Assembly (NCBI RefSeq): GCF_000143415.4
Contig: NW_003314432.1
Location: 104,851 to 168,850, forward strand
Direction: 5' to 3'
DNA length: 64,000 bases
From: Selaginella moellendorffii
Lineage: Eukaryota > Plantae > Lycopodiophyta
Both the position numbers and the translations under genes were made by a program. Positions within the stretch are counted from its first letter, which is position 1; each line of letters begins with the position of its first letter. The notes below the pieces were generated by a model. It saw only the letters and a list, made by a program, of their open reading frames with translations, made no database searches and was not told the origin of the DNA. Below, one piece after another: positions 1 through 12,636 of this stretch.

Positions 1-2012
1 GGAGGAAGCCACGTCTGGAGGAGTTCCCCTGGAGCACAGCGTGCCGGGAGCTCCAACTGCTTTGAGAACCAGAGATGGCGGTGAGTTTACATTTCTTAGG
101 TTACATGCATGCATGAGTGATTGAGAGCTCCCGGCAGGGTCATGAAGAAGAGGGAGATGACAGCGTCCCTGATCTGGAACAAGACCCGGATGCTCACTTG
201 GAGGAGCTCGACCACGAGGCTGTCCAGTTTGTGGATACCTTGGGTTTTGCTGCACCTGCTGCTGCGAAGAGAACCCGGGGAAAGAACTGGAACCATGCTG
301 AGACCATGCTCCTGATTGATCTCGTTTGGGAAAAACATCTCGCAAAGATTGCGGGGGAGGGAGGAGCAGCCAGCATGTTCTCATGACGAAGACACAGCGC
401 TGGAATCTCATCTTTCACCCTTTTGCTTTAGGGTTTAAATGCACATTGCGGATGACAAGAGCCCCGCTGCCAGAGGAAGAAGACCATGAACTTGAGGTTC
501 GTCGGGCTGTGATTGGGAGGAGGTTTTGCATCGGCCTGTGGTGGGTGAAGCCTCGAAATGTCACCACCTGGAGTAAGTTTTCTTTGGAGTATTACGATGT
601 GGGGAGGTGGAAGAGGAAACTTCAGATGGAGAAGAGGACCTTCTTCACCATTTGTGGCATGCTGGAGAGCGAGATCCAGAAGCAAGATACCGGTTGGAGG
701 AGTGTGGTGCCGGTGGATGTTCGACTGGGGGTAACTTTGTACAAGCTTTTCAAGAACACAGATTACTTGGATCTAGCAGACAAGTTCGGCATCGGGGAGT
801 CCACAGCTCATGAGATTGTCATGGACACTACTGTGGCAATTGTCAAGTGTCTCAGGTACAAGATTCATTTTCCTTCAACCGCCAAGGAGGTTCAAGCTGT
901 TACTGCTGGCTTTCAACAAGTGACAGGTACATTTTCTTATGTTTTTTGGATTGTTATAAGTTTTGATGACCAATAGGAACCCGACTGCCTAATGTTGCTG
1001 GGGCGATCGACTACTAGACTGGACGGCAAGAGCTACTATGACTGGAAGCAGTGGTACTTGGTCATCTTGCAAGGGGTTTGTGATGCCCAGAAGAGGTTCC
1101 TCAGTGTCTACGCTGGGTGGCCAGGATGGTTTTAAAATGTTCTTTTTGCTTTCAGGACGCATCCATGACATGAGGGTTTTTCGTAATTCAACCCTCAAGA
1201 ACAAGATTGTAGCAAGGGAGCTGCTGACATCACCCGCGATGTTAGCTTATGATGATAGGATCAAGCCATACCTAGTGGGGGACAAAGGGTACCAACTCCA
1301 GCAGCATCTGATGATTCCACACACAAGTAAGTCTTCTTCATTCTACTTTCTTTTGTTCACTTGTTTTGGTTGTTGCTCAGCTCCGAACCCGACACCATCC
1401 AAGGCAGCTTTCAACCTTCATCACCACCTTGCTCAGATTGTTATTGAGCAAGCATTTGGACTTCTTAAAATGAAGTTCAGATGCTTGGATCAAAAACAAA
1501 GAATCCAGCCAAAGTACCATCCCAACATCATCAAGAGTTGTTGCATCTTGCACAATTTCTTGATTGATGTTGGGGAGACTGATCTTCGGGCGGAGATCCA
1601 AGCTTGGAGGAAAGAGGTGAAATGGCTCAAGGACCAGGACCTCTTTGTTGATTACAGTGATCCCGAGCAATTGGAAGGGGAGCCTCATGAGGAGTTGCAC
1701 AGTCCAGAGGATGCGAAAGAGGTTAGAGAGAACCTCACGTTTTCCCTCTGTCTTTGCCAGTGGCGCTTGTGTTTGCTTTGAAATTTGCCAGGATATAATT
1801 CTAAACATTTGAATTTGAATTTGAAATTTCAAAATTTGAATTAAGTCATTTTTAAGTGTTCGAATGCATTGTTTTTAAGTGTGTGCGAATGCAAAAGTCC
1901 TTATAAGTTTACTTTGCAACACAAATTTTTTCAATGTGCAAACCCGACTTTCTTAATTTTTAAAGTGGGTCGCTTAAGTTTTTTTTCACTAAATAAATGT
2001 GCGAATTGGTCC
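1..2012 (+). mobile_element. PIF/Harbinger DNA transposon, copy 1 (defective; 5' part runs off the window)
   Basis: Myb/SANT-like ORF1 remnant (KRTRGKNWNHAETMLLIDL, 117-386) followed by a spliced DDE_Tnp_4/HARBI1-like transposase: RMEKRTFFTIC, LADKFGIGEST, HDMRVFRNS, YLVGDKGY, IEQAFGLLKMKFRCL, CCILHNF. The right end is tentative (tgtgcgaattggtcc, 1998-2012). Confidence 0.85.
450..1781 (+). pseudogene. Harbinger DDE transposase pseudogene
   Basis: Motifs as above. The first catalytic motif is broken (GAID is not followed by GTHI), and an intron donor present in copy 2 (caggtatg, about 39053) is deleted here. Confidence 0.8.
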
Positions 2013-2229
2013 TTTCTCAACATAGAAGATAATGTTTTGCCAAGCTTACCACAACCACTAGCAACCTTGATTGCCAATGATGTTGTCCTTGGCTGTGGTA
2101 CCTATAACCATACAGCTAGGGCCAAAGTTACACCACCAATGGCCCATAGCAAGCACAGCCATGGTGGCACAAGGTCTCGGCCATGGCTAGCACTACCTTG
2201 GCTAGCCTTAGCCGTGGCATAGCCATCTA

Positions 2230-2640
2230 CTAGAGGTGCTAGAGGAGAGCTGTTGTAGGAGGAGTGCTAGAGGAGTTGGAGGAGAGCTGTTGCAGGAGAA
2301 GTGCTGGAGGAGCTGGAGAGCTGCTATAGGAGGAGTGCTGGAGGAGCTGGAGAGCTGCTATAGGAGGAGTGCTGGAGGAGCTGGAGGAGACTCAATGCAC
2401 AAGGGGTTTTGGAGCAGCTAGAGGGTGAGAAAGAATGATTTGATGAAAATAAAATAAAAACTGAAAAATCCAAGAGTAGGATTGGCAAAAGTACAATGTG
2501 GAAGAGAGTTGTTGCAGGAGGAGCACTAGAGGACATGGAGGAGAGTTGCTACAGGAAGAGTGTTGGAGGGAGGAGATATGTTGCATTGGAGGAAAGTAAG
2601 AGCCACTAGAGGAGTTGGGCACTAGAGGAAAATAATGGAG
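2230..2640. repeat. Low-complexity GGAG/GAGCTG-rich degenerate tandem repeat (about 34-bp unit ggagagctgctataggaggagtgctggaggagct); second copy at about 40200-40570
   Basis: Visible repeated units; this copy has one more unit than the 40 kb copy. Confidence 0.7.
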
Positions 2641-3089
2641 TACACAATACCATCTACACTAACTAACCCTAACTGAACTCAAATAGATGCATTGCACTAC
2701 GTTTGGTTTGCTTTGATATTGTCAATTTTTACATAAATAAAAAATTTATATGATGTACTTATTTTAATACATTTTTTTATTCATATATAATTTGGAATTT
2801 TAGTACTTCTTGTTTATCTTTCAAAGAGTTCAACTAATTTTTTTTTTATCAATTTTATTCTTTCTATAGAAAGCTTAAAGCAAATAGTGAAGAATATAAG
2901 GAAGAAGTCCTACACTCTTGCAGCACTAAAATCTTGCAAATTTTCCTTTAAGAACATTATTACTAGTCAAAAAGTTCACTTTTTTTGAGTAGTCTGATGT
3001 GTTTGTTTTTATAGCATGTCCATAAACAGAAAATAAGGAACTTTTTACTTGCTCCTCATAGTAGAGTATCACAGTGATAGAAGTTCTCA

Positions 3090-3570
3090 AGGGTAAGGAA
3101 TTGAAGAGTGACGGTGTAGAGGAGCTTTTGAGGTAGCTCGAGGGTGGTTGGGTTCAAGAGGAGGCGTAGTCTAGTTTAGAAAGACTAGATTGTTGATTTT
3201 TTGTGCCGACTTATAACATTGGTATAAGAGGTGTTAGTTGTGATGGCTGACCAAGTTGAATGTTGGAATCCTATTGTTGATGGTGGTGCCGATGATGGTG
3301 CTGACGGAGCTGCAAAGGTTTGGACCATGGAAGATGTTATTCACAAGCTGCGAGCTCTTAATAAAAATCAGCAAGAGATGCAAGACAAGATGCATGGCAT
3401 GATGAGTACTTTGTGTGAGTGTGTTGAGGCACTTAAGGCTAGTCATGGTGGCACTTTAAGTAAGCCTTCTTTGGTGGATGGACTCAAGATTCCAACCTTT
3501 TCTGGTGATGGTGGTATGGATAAGTGTTTAGCTTGGTTAGCCAATGTGAAGAAGTTTTTAATTGCTAAAG
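3090..3570 (+). mobile_element. Ty3/gypsy 5' region and gag N-terminal fragment (same family as 43930-47455)
   Basis: MADQVECWNPIVDGG...LKIPTFSGDGG...WLANVKKFL matches 43930-44390, which continues into gag-pol. Confidence 0.75.
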
Positions 3571-3859
3571 GAGACCATGCTAGTGAGAGTGAGCCGTGGA
3601 AGTCTCTCATGAGCTCTTGTTGAAAGTGTGAAGTAATGGTGTGGAAAGCTTGCATTTGAGGCACGGGTGGATGGGCTCATTGCAGTAAGGTGATAGCTCG
3701 TTCCCATTGCCTTCCTTTTGTATCCTATCTCCCTCGTTGCCTCCCGACATGCTTCATATGTTCTCTCTGTGTTCCATATGTTATCCTCTCCACTTGCGAA
3801 GCATTGCACAGCATGTTGCTGGAGCTAGGCCTCAGCCCATTCGTTGATGGCTAACATTT

Positions 3860-6800
3860 ACAAAGGCTTCATTGGATGTTGATACAGAGAATTAAGTTTA
3901 AAGACAATTGGCCCACTTTTATGATGGGCTTAATCTATGTTGACTGGATTGTTCTTTGCAAAGCATGTATGCAAGGCGATTTTACAAGGAAATTTATCAA
4001 ATCTTCCACAAAGTCAATGCCATAATCTGTCAAGAACCAAATCCTTGGAGAGCTTTAGGAATAATATATGCATAATGAAGATTCTTTGTTGTAGCAGTCT
4101 TTATTGGTTGAGTTTCAGCCCATTTAATTATATAGTCTATTGCAATTAGAATGTATTAGTTTTGCTTGGAGCTTGTCATAAGTGGACTAACAAAGTCGAG
4201 TCCCCATTATTGAAAAGGTTCAAGTGGAGTTTTTGGATGAAGTTCTTGAATTTATTTCTTTGGTGCATACTTGGTTCATTGGTAGATGTTGCATTTTTGA
4301 CAACACTTAACTTAGTTATGCCAAAGTGTTGGCCACCAAAGTCTTGCTTGTAAAATTTTTCGAGTTGTGATTTCTTCAACAAAATGTCCTCCTATTTGTC
4401 TATAGTAGGCTTCTTTTAGTAGATCTTGTGTTTCTTCTAGGTTTGCACATCTTCGTAAAATATTGTGTCTTCTTTGTTTGTACAGTTTTCTTCCCACAAC
4501 TGAATATGGTTTTGTCCTCAAGAGAAATTGCTTGCACTTGTCAAAGGTTGAATATCAACTTGGTATTGTTGCTGTTGTGAGGTAGTAGTAGATGTTGTCC
4601 ATTTAGGTTGGTGATATGTGGATTCAAAGGATATTAGAGTCAGGAAAGTCATCCATGTTGTGTTTCAGTTGTTCATCGATTGTAATACAACTTAGGTATT
4701 CATGTTCTCTTCCAGGCTTGTAGATGATCTCGAAGTTGTATTCTTGAAGTAGTAAGAACCATTGTGCAATTTTGCTGGTGAGGATTATTTTGTTGAGAAA
4801 GTTACCGAGTAGGTAGTATCAAAACTTCTGGAGTGCATAAATCATTGCTAAAGCTTCTTTTTCAATTGTAGTGTAGTTTATTTCAGCTGAGTTGAGTTTT
4901 TGACTTGCATAATAGATTGGTTAGTCTTTATGATCTTCTTGTTGTTGCAAAAGGATCACTTTGAGGGCATAGTTGGAGGTGTCAACTTGGATGTTGAAGT
5001 TTTTGTTCCAGTTTGGTTAAGCAAGTATTGGAGCTTGGGTGAGGGAATTCTTGAGGTTGATAAAGGCATTTTGACAATTTTGAGTCTAGTTGTAAGCTTG
5101 ATTCTTCTTGAGGAGTTCAGTGATAGGTTTTGCAATCTTGGTGTAGTCTTTGATGAATCTTCGATGGTGTCCCATCTTATCGAGGAATGATTGAAGGCTT
5201 GAAATGTCAAATGGATGTTATATGTTGGTGATTGTGAGGGTTTTGTCCTTTTCGATGAGGATTCCTTCTTTGGAAACTACATGTTCAAGTAGAATTCCTG
5301 ATTTGACAAAGAAAATGCACCTATCAAGGTTCAATGTGATATTGTGTTCATGGCATTTGATGAAGCATTTCTCTAAGCATTGGAGATGATATTTTTTGTT
5401 GCTAAAGACACTGAAGTCATTCATAAACACTCACATAAATTCAGTGAGGTATTCTCAAAAAGTGTCAATGATGATCCATTGAAACATAATGGTGCATTGG
5501 AGAGACTGAAAGGCATGTGAAGGTAGGTATATGCTCCCCATGGATTGATGAAAGCCATCTTATAGGCACAATGTGTACTTGATTGTGTCTACTGATGCTG
5601 TTGAGAAAAGAGTACATCTCATATCCTACAACTGCATCAAGAATTTCATTAGAGAATGGAATTGAAAAGGTGTCCTTTTGAGTTGTATCATTGAGATTCT
5701 TATAGTTGACACAAATTCTAAGCTTGTTGTTCTTCTTGGGGACAATGACTAGTGGTGATAACCATTTTAGATTTTGAATTGGAAAGATGAATCTAACATT
5801 TTCAAGTTTGTCAAGCTTTTCTTTGACTTTGGTTTGTATGTTGGGATTCATTCGGTAGGCTAATTGCTTTGTTGGTACCGCTTGTGATAGAAGTTCAATC
5901 CAATGTGTGTAGAGTTCAAGTGGAATTCCTCATAAGTCAGTCTAGGACCAGGTGAAAACATCTTGATAAGTGTCAAGTAGTTGGGTTGCTTTTGCTTTCA
6001 AATCTTCATCAACCTTTTGGGCAATGTGACTTTTTTTTGGTTCTTCAGGTGTTCCAAGGTTAATTTCTTGAGCTGGTTCTTCAAGGTTGAGTGTTGGTGT
6101 AAGTCATAATCCTTCTTGTCGTAGACCTAGTTGTTCTTGGAGTGGAATTTGTTGATGCATCAGTTTAAACTATTCAAGTTTGATGCTTGAATGTTCTTGT
6201 TGTTTTTTCATGTGTGCTAGTGTTGTCTTTTCTTTCAAATCTTGGTGTTGGAAATCTTCATTTTGAAGTTGAGGATCTTGATTGCTTGTTTTGTTCAGGA
6301 TGATTTGGTTGAGATGACTTAAATTAACATTTTTAATTCAGGGTATGCCTTGAGAATTTGAGCTTCTTCATAGCTGTCGAGTCCTTCATTCTAGTCATAT
6401 TGTTTGATTGTGGTTAGTTAAAATGTCTTTGCAATCTTCTTTAGAATACTGGTAGATAGTTGTGGAGCATCTTTATGTCCTCCAAGGGTGATGGTATTGT
6501 TCCTTTAGTATGTGATAATGTCTATTGTCTCGAGCCAAGTTCATTTGAGGAGTACTTCGTAACAACTTTGGTCTTTTGCCATCTTGATGTTGCGAATGTG
6601 ATTTCAGGTATCGAAAGATACTTACGGACACTCTTTTTTTATTGCCATGATGGCAGGAGGTTGGTATTGCTGGTTCCCTTTATTAACCCCTTTTGTTCAA
6701 GTGTTAGTAAACTGGATTTAGCATCTGTACTTGGCCGGATGAGCATAAGGAAGGAATTCCTACATACTTGGTTCGGCTTGTTAGTTTTCTTTTGCTTTGT

Positions 6801-9700
6801 CTTGCACTAGCTTAGCAAGAACCCTTGTGTATTGAGATTAGTCCCTCAATATCACTAGATGATAGTTTACTGTATCTGCCAAACACTCTCGCTATCATGC
6901 CCTTTGTGTTAGTTTCATTCCAGTCCCAAATGTTATTTATAGAAAGTGTCTAGATTTTCTCATTTCATATTTATGGAATGTAGAGATTGTCCTGAACACA
7001 ATGGTGTTCGTCCTGTGTCCAAATTTGTAATCTAGCACCATTTCATATTTAATAAGTTTTGAGCTTGTCCCAGAGACTAACTCCTGGTACTAAGGGAGGC
7101 TTGGGGTGAAAGCCCAAAGCGTGTGTTCCGAGAGGGGGGGGGGGGGGGGGTGCCAAATGTGTAGTAGGGATAATGGGTAGGTCAGGCATGGCCAACCAAC
7201 TTAAGGCATAGTTTAGCTTCCACTTGCATGCCTATCCTTGTTCTGCGTCTGGCTTGGGTCTAAGCCCAAGCTCCACACCATGCTAGCTGGTGAAGTACCC
7301 ATGTCTTTGCATTAGGCCACTGGTATGTCGAAATAACGCCAGACTCCATTTGGCTCTGTTTTGCATACTGGTCCTGGCATTGGGATGTTGGTTGCTCTAA
7401 AACTGTTCCAAGTTGCTCCAGCTCCTGTTCCTTTGCTCCTCGGGTTGTATGCTCGAGAGTTGCTCCGTGGTCCGGTTCCGTCACTCCTTGGCTCTATGCT
7501 TGGGAGTTTGGCATTGTTCCTTTGTTCAGTGGCCTAAGGCTCTGAACCTCAGGTTCCACACCTCTATCCTTTGGACACATGGCATGTGATATGTGGCATC
7601 TGTCATATGGCACAAAGAGGGTTTAAGTTCCGCTTCGTGGTGTTATCCTATGGTAAATCACTATAGGATAAAGGGTAAAACCCACATGCGCTACAATTGA
7701 GTACGATGAAAGTTACCTTAAATTCTTGATCTTTAATCTTTGATAGGAATGTTGTACACTCCGATCATCGGCCATCTTGACATTGAAGGGTGTAGAGTGG
7801 ATTGGTCCAAGTCCTATTGCTTTGCAGGTTGAATACTCGATAATGTTGATATTTTCTCTGCCATTGATGATTACTTATATAACTTTGTTTTTTCTTATCG
7901 TGATTGGGATGCATGGTACATTTTCATCATAGTCGCTAGGTTGGATGTTTGCCTTATGGGATGAGTTGTTAGTTTTTTTCTTGACTTGAGTTGAAGTTTT
8001 TTGGTGGAGAAGCTTGACATATTTTGAGAAGTTGTTTTCTCAAGTATAAAGCTATATGTGAAAGTTCTAGAAGGGTGAGTGTGATACTTTGTTGAAGAAT
8101 TTTGGTGATGGGCTTTGGTTGTTCCTCTTTTTTTGACAAAGTTTTAATCACAATTTCTTGATCATCTTTAATTTCAAGTTGTTGTTGTCGAAGGGTTTGT
8201 TGAATTGTGGTGACTAACTTATTGCCATTCGTGCCTTGAGATTTCTTACACTTTGTCTTAGAGTTTTTGTTCTTTGACTTTTCCTCAATGTCATCTTTAG
8301 GAGTGTAGTGTTTTTCTGACTTCGAGTTAGAGCTTTTACCTCAGGTTCATCTTTAGAGTGTTCATCTTCAATTTAGTCGATGTTGACATTTCTTATTGTT
8401 GGAGAAGGTCTTTGATGTTGCTGATCTTGCTGAGGAGGTCAATTTCCTTGATTTGTTGTTGTTGGTATTGGGGTCGGATTTCTTGAGTTTGAGGTTGTTA
8501 TTGATAGTTGTTGTGAGGAAATACTTTGGGTGGTGGATCATATTGTTGATTTTACTATTAATAGTTTAGTTATTGCAGAGGTGGTCTCCATTGCCGATTG
8601 TTGTGGTACTGATATTGATAGTTATTTTGCTGGGGTGGTGGTCTCCATTGTTGGTTGTCTCGATAAGGTTGGTCACTAATACTGATTGTCTTGATTGCCA
8701 TTGTTGTATTGTTGATGGTATCTAGGGTTAGGATTATATATATCTTGATTTTGGTAGTTCAACTACCACTGTTGTGGTTCTTGTCTGAGTTGATTATAAT
8801 GTCTTCTAGTTGCTGTAGGAGTTTAAGGTATATTTTCGACTTGTATGACTTTAGTTGCTTTTTTGTATCGACAGATCTTTGCTATATATCCTTCCTTTTC
8901 ACAGATCTAATACTTACACTCTGTTAGGATGTATCCTTTATCCTTACATTTCATATACCATACTCCTTTAAATTTGTTCTTGATTGTAACTTTTTTGAGT
9001 ATTTTGGTAAGTTCTTTATTCTTGTCTTTCTTCATGACTTCGAGTTTGTATTCTTCCTTATCATCAGAAAAGTCATTTATTCTTGTTGTTTCTACTCTTA
9101 AAAAATTTCAAAGCTGTTTCTCGAGGTTCTTGATTTTTTAAAAAATATTGTCAATAAAGGTCTCGGCATTTAGATCTTCTTCCGTATTTACAAGAGCAAC
9201 CATTTACTAGTATATCTTCTTCAATCCTTGTACATACCAAATATACTTACCTTGTTTAGTGAGTAGATCTTTGTAGTGCTTTGTGTGAAATTTGAATCTT
9301 CGGGTATAGTCTTTGATATCTTCTTTACTGCCTTGTTTAATGCTCTTGAAATGTTCTAGGTATTCAACTATTATGCCACTGGGTTGGTACTTCTCTTTGA
9401 ATCACTTAACTTTTTCCTAAAACTTAGGTTTTTCATCAAGATTATAATACCATTCTAATGCTTTTCTTTTAAGTGTGAAAAGGAATAGAAGTTCTTTGTT
9501 GTCTTCTTGTTGATTGACTTATATAATTTGGTTGAATTGTTGGAAATGTCTTTTTGTATTTTCAATTTTGCTATTGGTGAAGATTGGATATGTAATCATG
9601 ATGCAATAGGGTATTGTTGGGTTGATGAGTGTTATCTTTCTACTGTTAATGATGGTTCAGTTTCTTAAGAAGCTAGATAAGACTGAAAGTTGTCGGTGTT
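3860..9700 (-). mobile_element. Degenerate Ty3/gypsy LTR retrotransposon gag-pol (non-chromovirus-like)
   Basis: Minus strand: gag FTLKRKALEW (about 9450-9485), two decayed zinc knuckles (about 8870-8965), protease split by a solo LTR, RT WLSPLVIVPKKNNKLRICVNYKNLN (5465-5851), RNase H (about 4700-5000), integrase GGHF..ILQARLWWPTL (4312-4521). Many stops. LTRs were not identified. Confidence 0.85.
6588..7695. mobile_element. Solo LTR (1108 bp) nested in the gypsy protease region
   Basis: Starts TGTTGCGAATGTG and ends CACATGCGCTACA (11/13 inverted termini, TG...CA). Flanked by a near-perfect 5-bp TSD, CTTGA (6583-6587) / ATTGA (7696-7700). The protease frame (FIVL|KMAKDQSCYEVLL) rejoins across it. 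Contains a G17 run at 7134-7150. Confidence 0.8.
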
Positions 9701-12636
9701 ATAATCTTTGTAATTGGGATTTCAAGTGGTGGTAAATCTTGATCTAAGTCTAAATTTTAATTGATTATGTCTTCCTCGGCATTGATTGTGTTGATGTTGC
9801 TTGATTTGCTAACTTGTATGGCTTAAGTCGTTTTGTCAAAAGTCTTGAATATAGTCTCAAGGATTTCAATTTAAGCTTAAGTCTTCTATTGCTTATCTAC
9901 TTCTAATTTTTGCTGGAGTTGTTTCTTCTCTTCTCATATTTGTTGTATTTGATCTCGCTCTTGTTTCTTGAGTGGATCAAGGTTGTGTTTGTATATTTGA
10001 TGTTGTGCTAGAGTTTTCTTGAGTTATCATTTTCTTGAATTTGCTTTCCTGGTTTTCTTTTTGTTGTCTTTGGTTTGTTGTGTTCTTCTTGAGGAAATGT
10101 TATGTAGTTGTAGAATCATGTTTTGTAGACTAACACAATCTTATGTATTGGTATTTGTGTTGCTATGTTGTCTTCGGCTCAATAAAGTTAATCTTCAACA
10201 AAGTTGTTGCTCGCCAACTTCGGGATCGAACAGGAGTGCATACTATGGCTACTCTTTTTACAAGTCCTTGTTGTGTTAAATTGTTGTAAAGTAATTGTGG
10301 CTTACCTTTAATTGTGTTGTATAAAGTCATACACATGCTTACTATGAGCATCCGCATTCTCCAATCAATGGTGATGTTCAAAAAGTCTAAGCTAAGTAGT
10401 GGTTATATTCTAAGTATTGTTGTCCTCAAGATTGTTGTTGATACAGGTTTCTAAATTTTTGATTCTTATATTTTTTACTTTTGATCACTGTCCATGCTTC
10501 AATTAACTATTATTTTTATTCCCTATCGTCCCCAAGGGATCTCCACTTGTTAAATCCTTAGTATTTGATTTCTATTTGCTTGGTTGCTTCTTAATAGCTC
10601 ATTTGATAAATGTATATTTTCATTTTTAATAATGTGAAGAAGAAATGCAAGTGTTTATTAGTATGGTAGATGGTATATTATTATCAAAAGAGTTTGGGAT
10701 AGTTTCCATTGAACTAGACTACCTATTTCCAACTTACTTGAAACATCACCAAAAGAAGAGATTGAGATTCTAATATAATCCCACTCTAAAGCTATGTTGT
10801 GTAGAGCATCTTGAGGGTCTACAATAATAATTAGTCCCTCAGGCAAAACTACATGTATAGCATCCACTATCTTCACAAGAGCTTTATACCATATATTACA
10901 TATATACCATATAGCTTTATATCTATAGAATAACAACCAGAGTTAGGGATATTCTTGCCTTCTGAAATATTTTTACTCTCTATCTTCTGTGAAATAACAT
11001 CTTCATCATTATTCCTTTGTGTTCCAATTATATTTCCCTAAGAGATTTTGGTAGGAAATATCTCTATTGGAGACATCAATTGATTCTGCTTCTATATAAA
11101 AAACCCACTAACATCCAACTCACCTATAAAGGGGGAGTAATTCGAGTTAAACACCTTAATAATGCAAAGCAAAACACATTTAACTCTTAAAGAAGCACAG
11201 TGACAAATGCAAGTAGCATCTAAAGATTCTATTCTTCCCTTTGCAATTGATCCTTCATTATCCCAAACAATCTCTATTACATCTCCTTTTCACAACTTGA
11301 GAAAAATAAAGAAAATTACAAATATCAAAACACAAATAGAAGGAAAAAAGTACAAAAAAAGACAAGAAAATAGGAAATTAAAAAACAAAGTTCCTTTTGT
11401 GAATATGAGAAAACAAAACATGAAAATATGTAGCGAAAATAATTAAAAATGCATAAAATAAGCACACACAAAGTCAAAGAATTTCTAGTATGCACTTGCA
11501 TGCTAAAGACCCAATTTAATGTATTGATGAAAGAATATAAGCTCACAATAAACCAAAGTCAAATTAAGAGAGAAACAGATTGGTAAGTGCAAGTTTGTAA
11601 AATGACCAGAGAAACAAGAGTTATTTAACTTTGAACAAGCATGGTCTCACACTCATTCTTAAACAATGTAAGGATTTCTAACACTCTCTCTCTCATGGTC
11701 TCTTGTTTTTTTAAGCTAGCGTGTGAGCTCATGCCTAGCCAAACTCAAATTTGACTTTCTCCAAAGAAGCTTGAGATTTCTTGGCATGCACTTGTACACT
11801 TATAGACCAGTTTTGGATGACTCTCTCTTGTAAATCTTTGTTCTTTTGTTTTGAGATTTCTAGGCATGCTCTCTCATGCCTATACACAAGTATGGGATGA
11901 CTCTCTTGTAAATACACTACACTATCATATAGTCTCATGCCAAGCAATACTAAAATACGAATGTATATTCTTATAATAATGGAAACCATATGTTTTGAGG
12001 AAAGAAAAACTTACCATGGCCATAAACAAGAGAGATATGTGCTTAGGATGTGCTAGAGAGGAAGGAAAAATGCCTCCTAAGATGTGATCCATGAACCAGT
12101 AGTGGCGAACCCAAGAGAACCCAAAACCTAAGAAAAAACCATAAGGCTAAGAGGGTGAAAGAATTTGAAATGCAAGGGTAGTGCTATAATACTAATAGCT
12201 TGTATCAGTTTTGATTGAATTTAGGCAGGATTATTAAATAATGTAGTACAGATATTTAATGTTGTCATATAGTTCAAGAAGAGACTCCATAAAAAGTTTT
12301 TTCAAAAAATGAGATAACTAGAATTTTTTAGTATTTATCGAAATTGTGTTTACAAGATTATATAATGAGAATCATGGCTTGAAATTTATTACTGAAGAGT
12401 TGTTGCATATGTTGTAGTTTATTACTCTATTTTATTCTATTTATATTCTATGTTATATTTTACAGTTTTCATTTTGAATTTTATTGTTTTATAGAATTTA
12501 ATTCCTGAATTATATTGTTTGATCCATTTTATTTATCTTGCTTCCTAGCTTCGCTCGTGGCTCCAAAGAATCACCCCAGCCAAAAAAAATCCCGACTACT
12601 ACTTCGCTACACTGCTCTACCAAAATCCACCCACTA

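Larger units (their letters stand above)
1..3083 (+). repeat. Direct segmental duplication of 37941-41013 (Harbinger plus about 1 kb of flank)
   Basis: Collinear near-identity with an offset of 37,940 bp at the start (gccacgtctggag at 8 and 37948), ending at acagtgatagaag (3083 / 41013). Confidence 0.9.

Noticed and set aside
326-1781. Domesticated HARBI1/ALP1-like host gene
   Set aside because: Three copies, each with different disabling lesions and a broken first catalytic motif, linked to a Myb-like ORF1; better explained as a dead transposon carried by duplication.
9700-12500. Short ORFs and a possible LTR/PBS of the minus-strand gypsy
   Set aside because: AT-rich, no recognisable motifs, and no paired LTR or convincing primer-binding site found.
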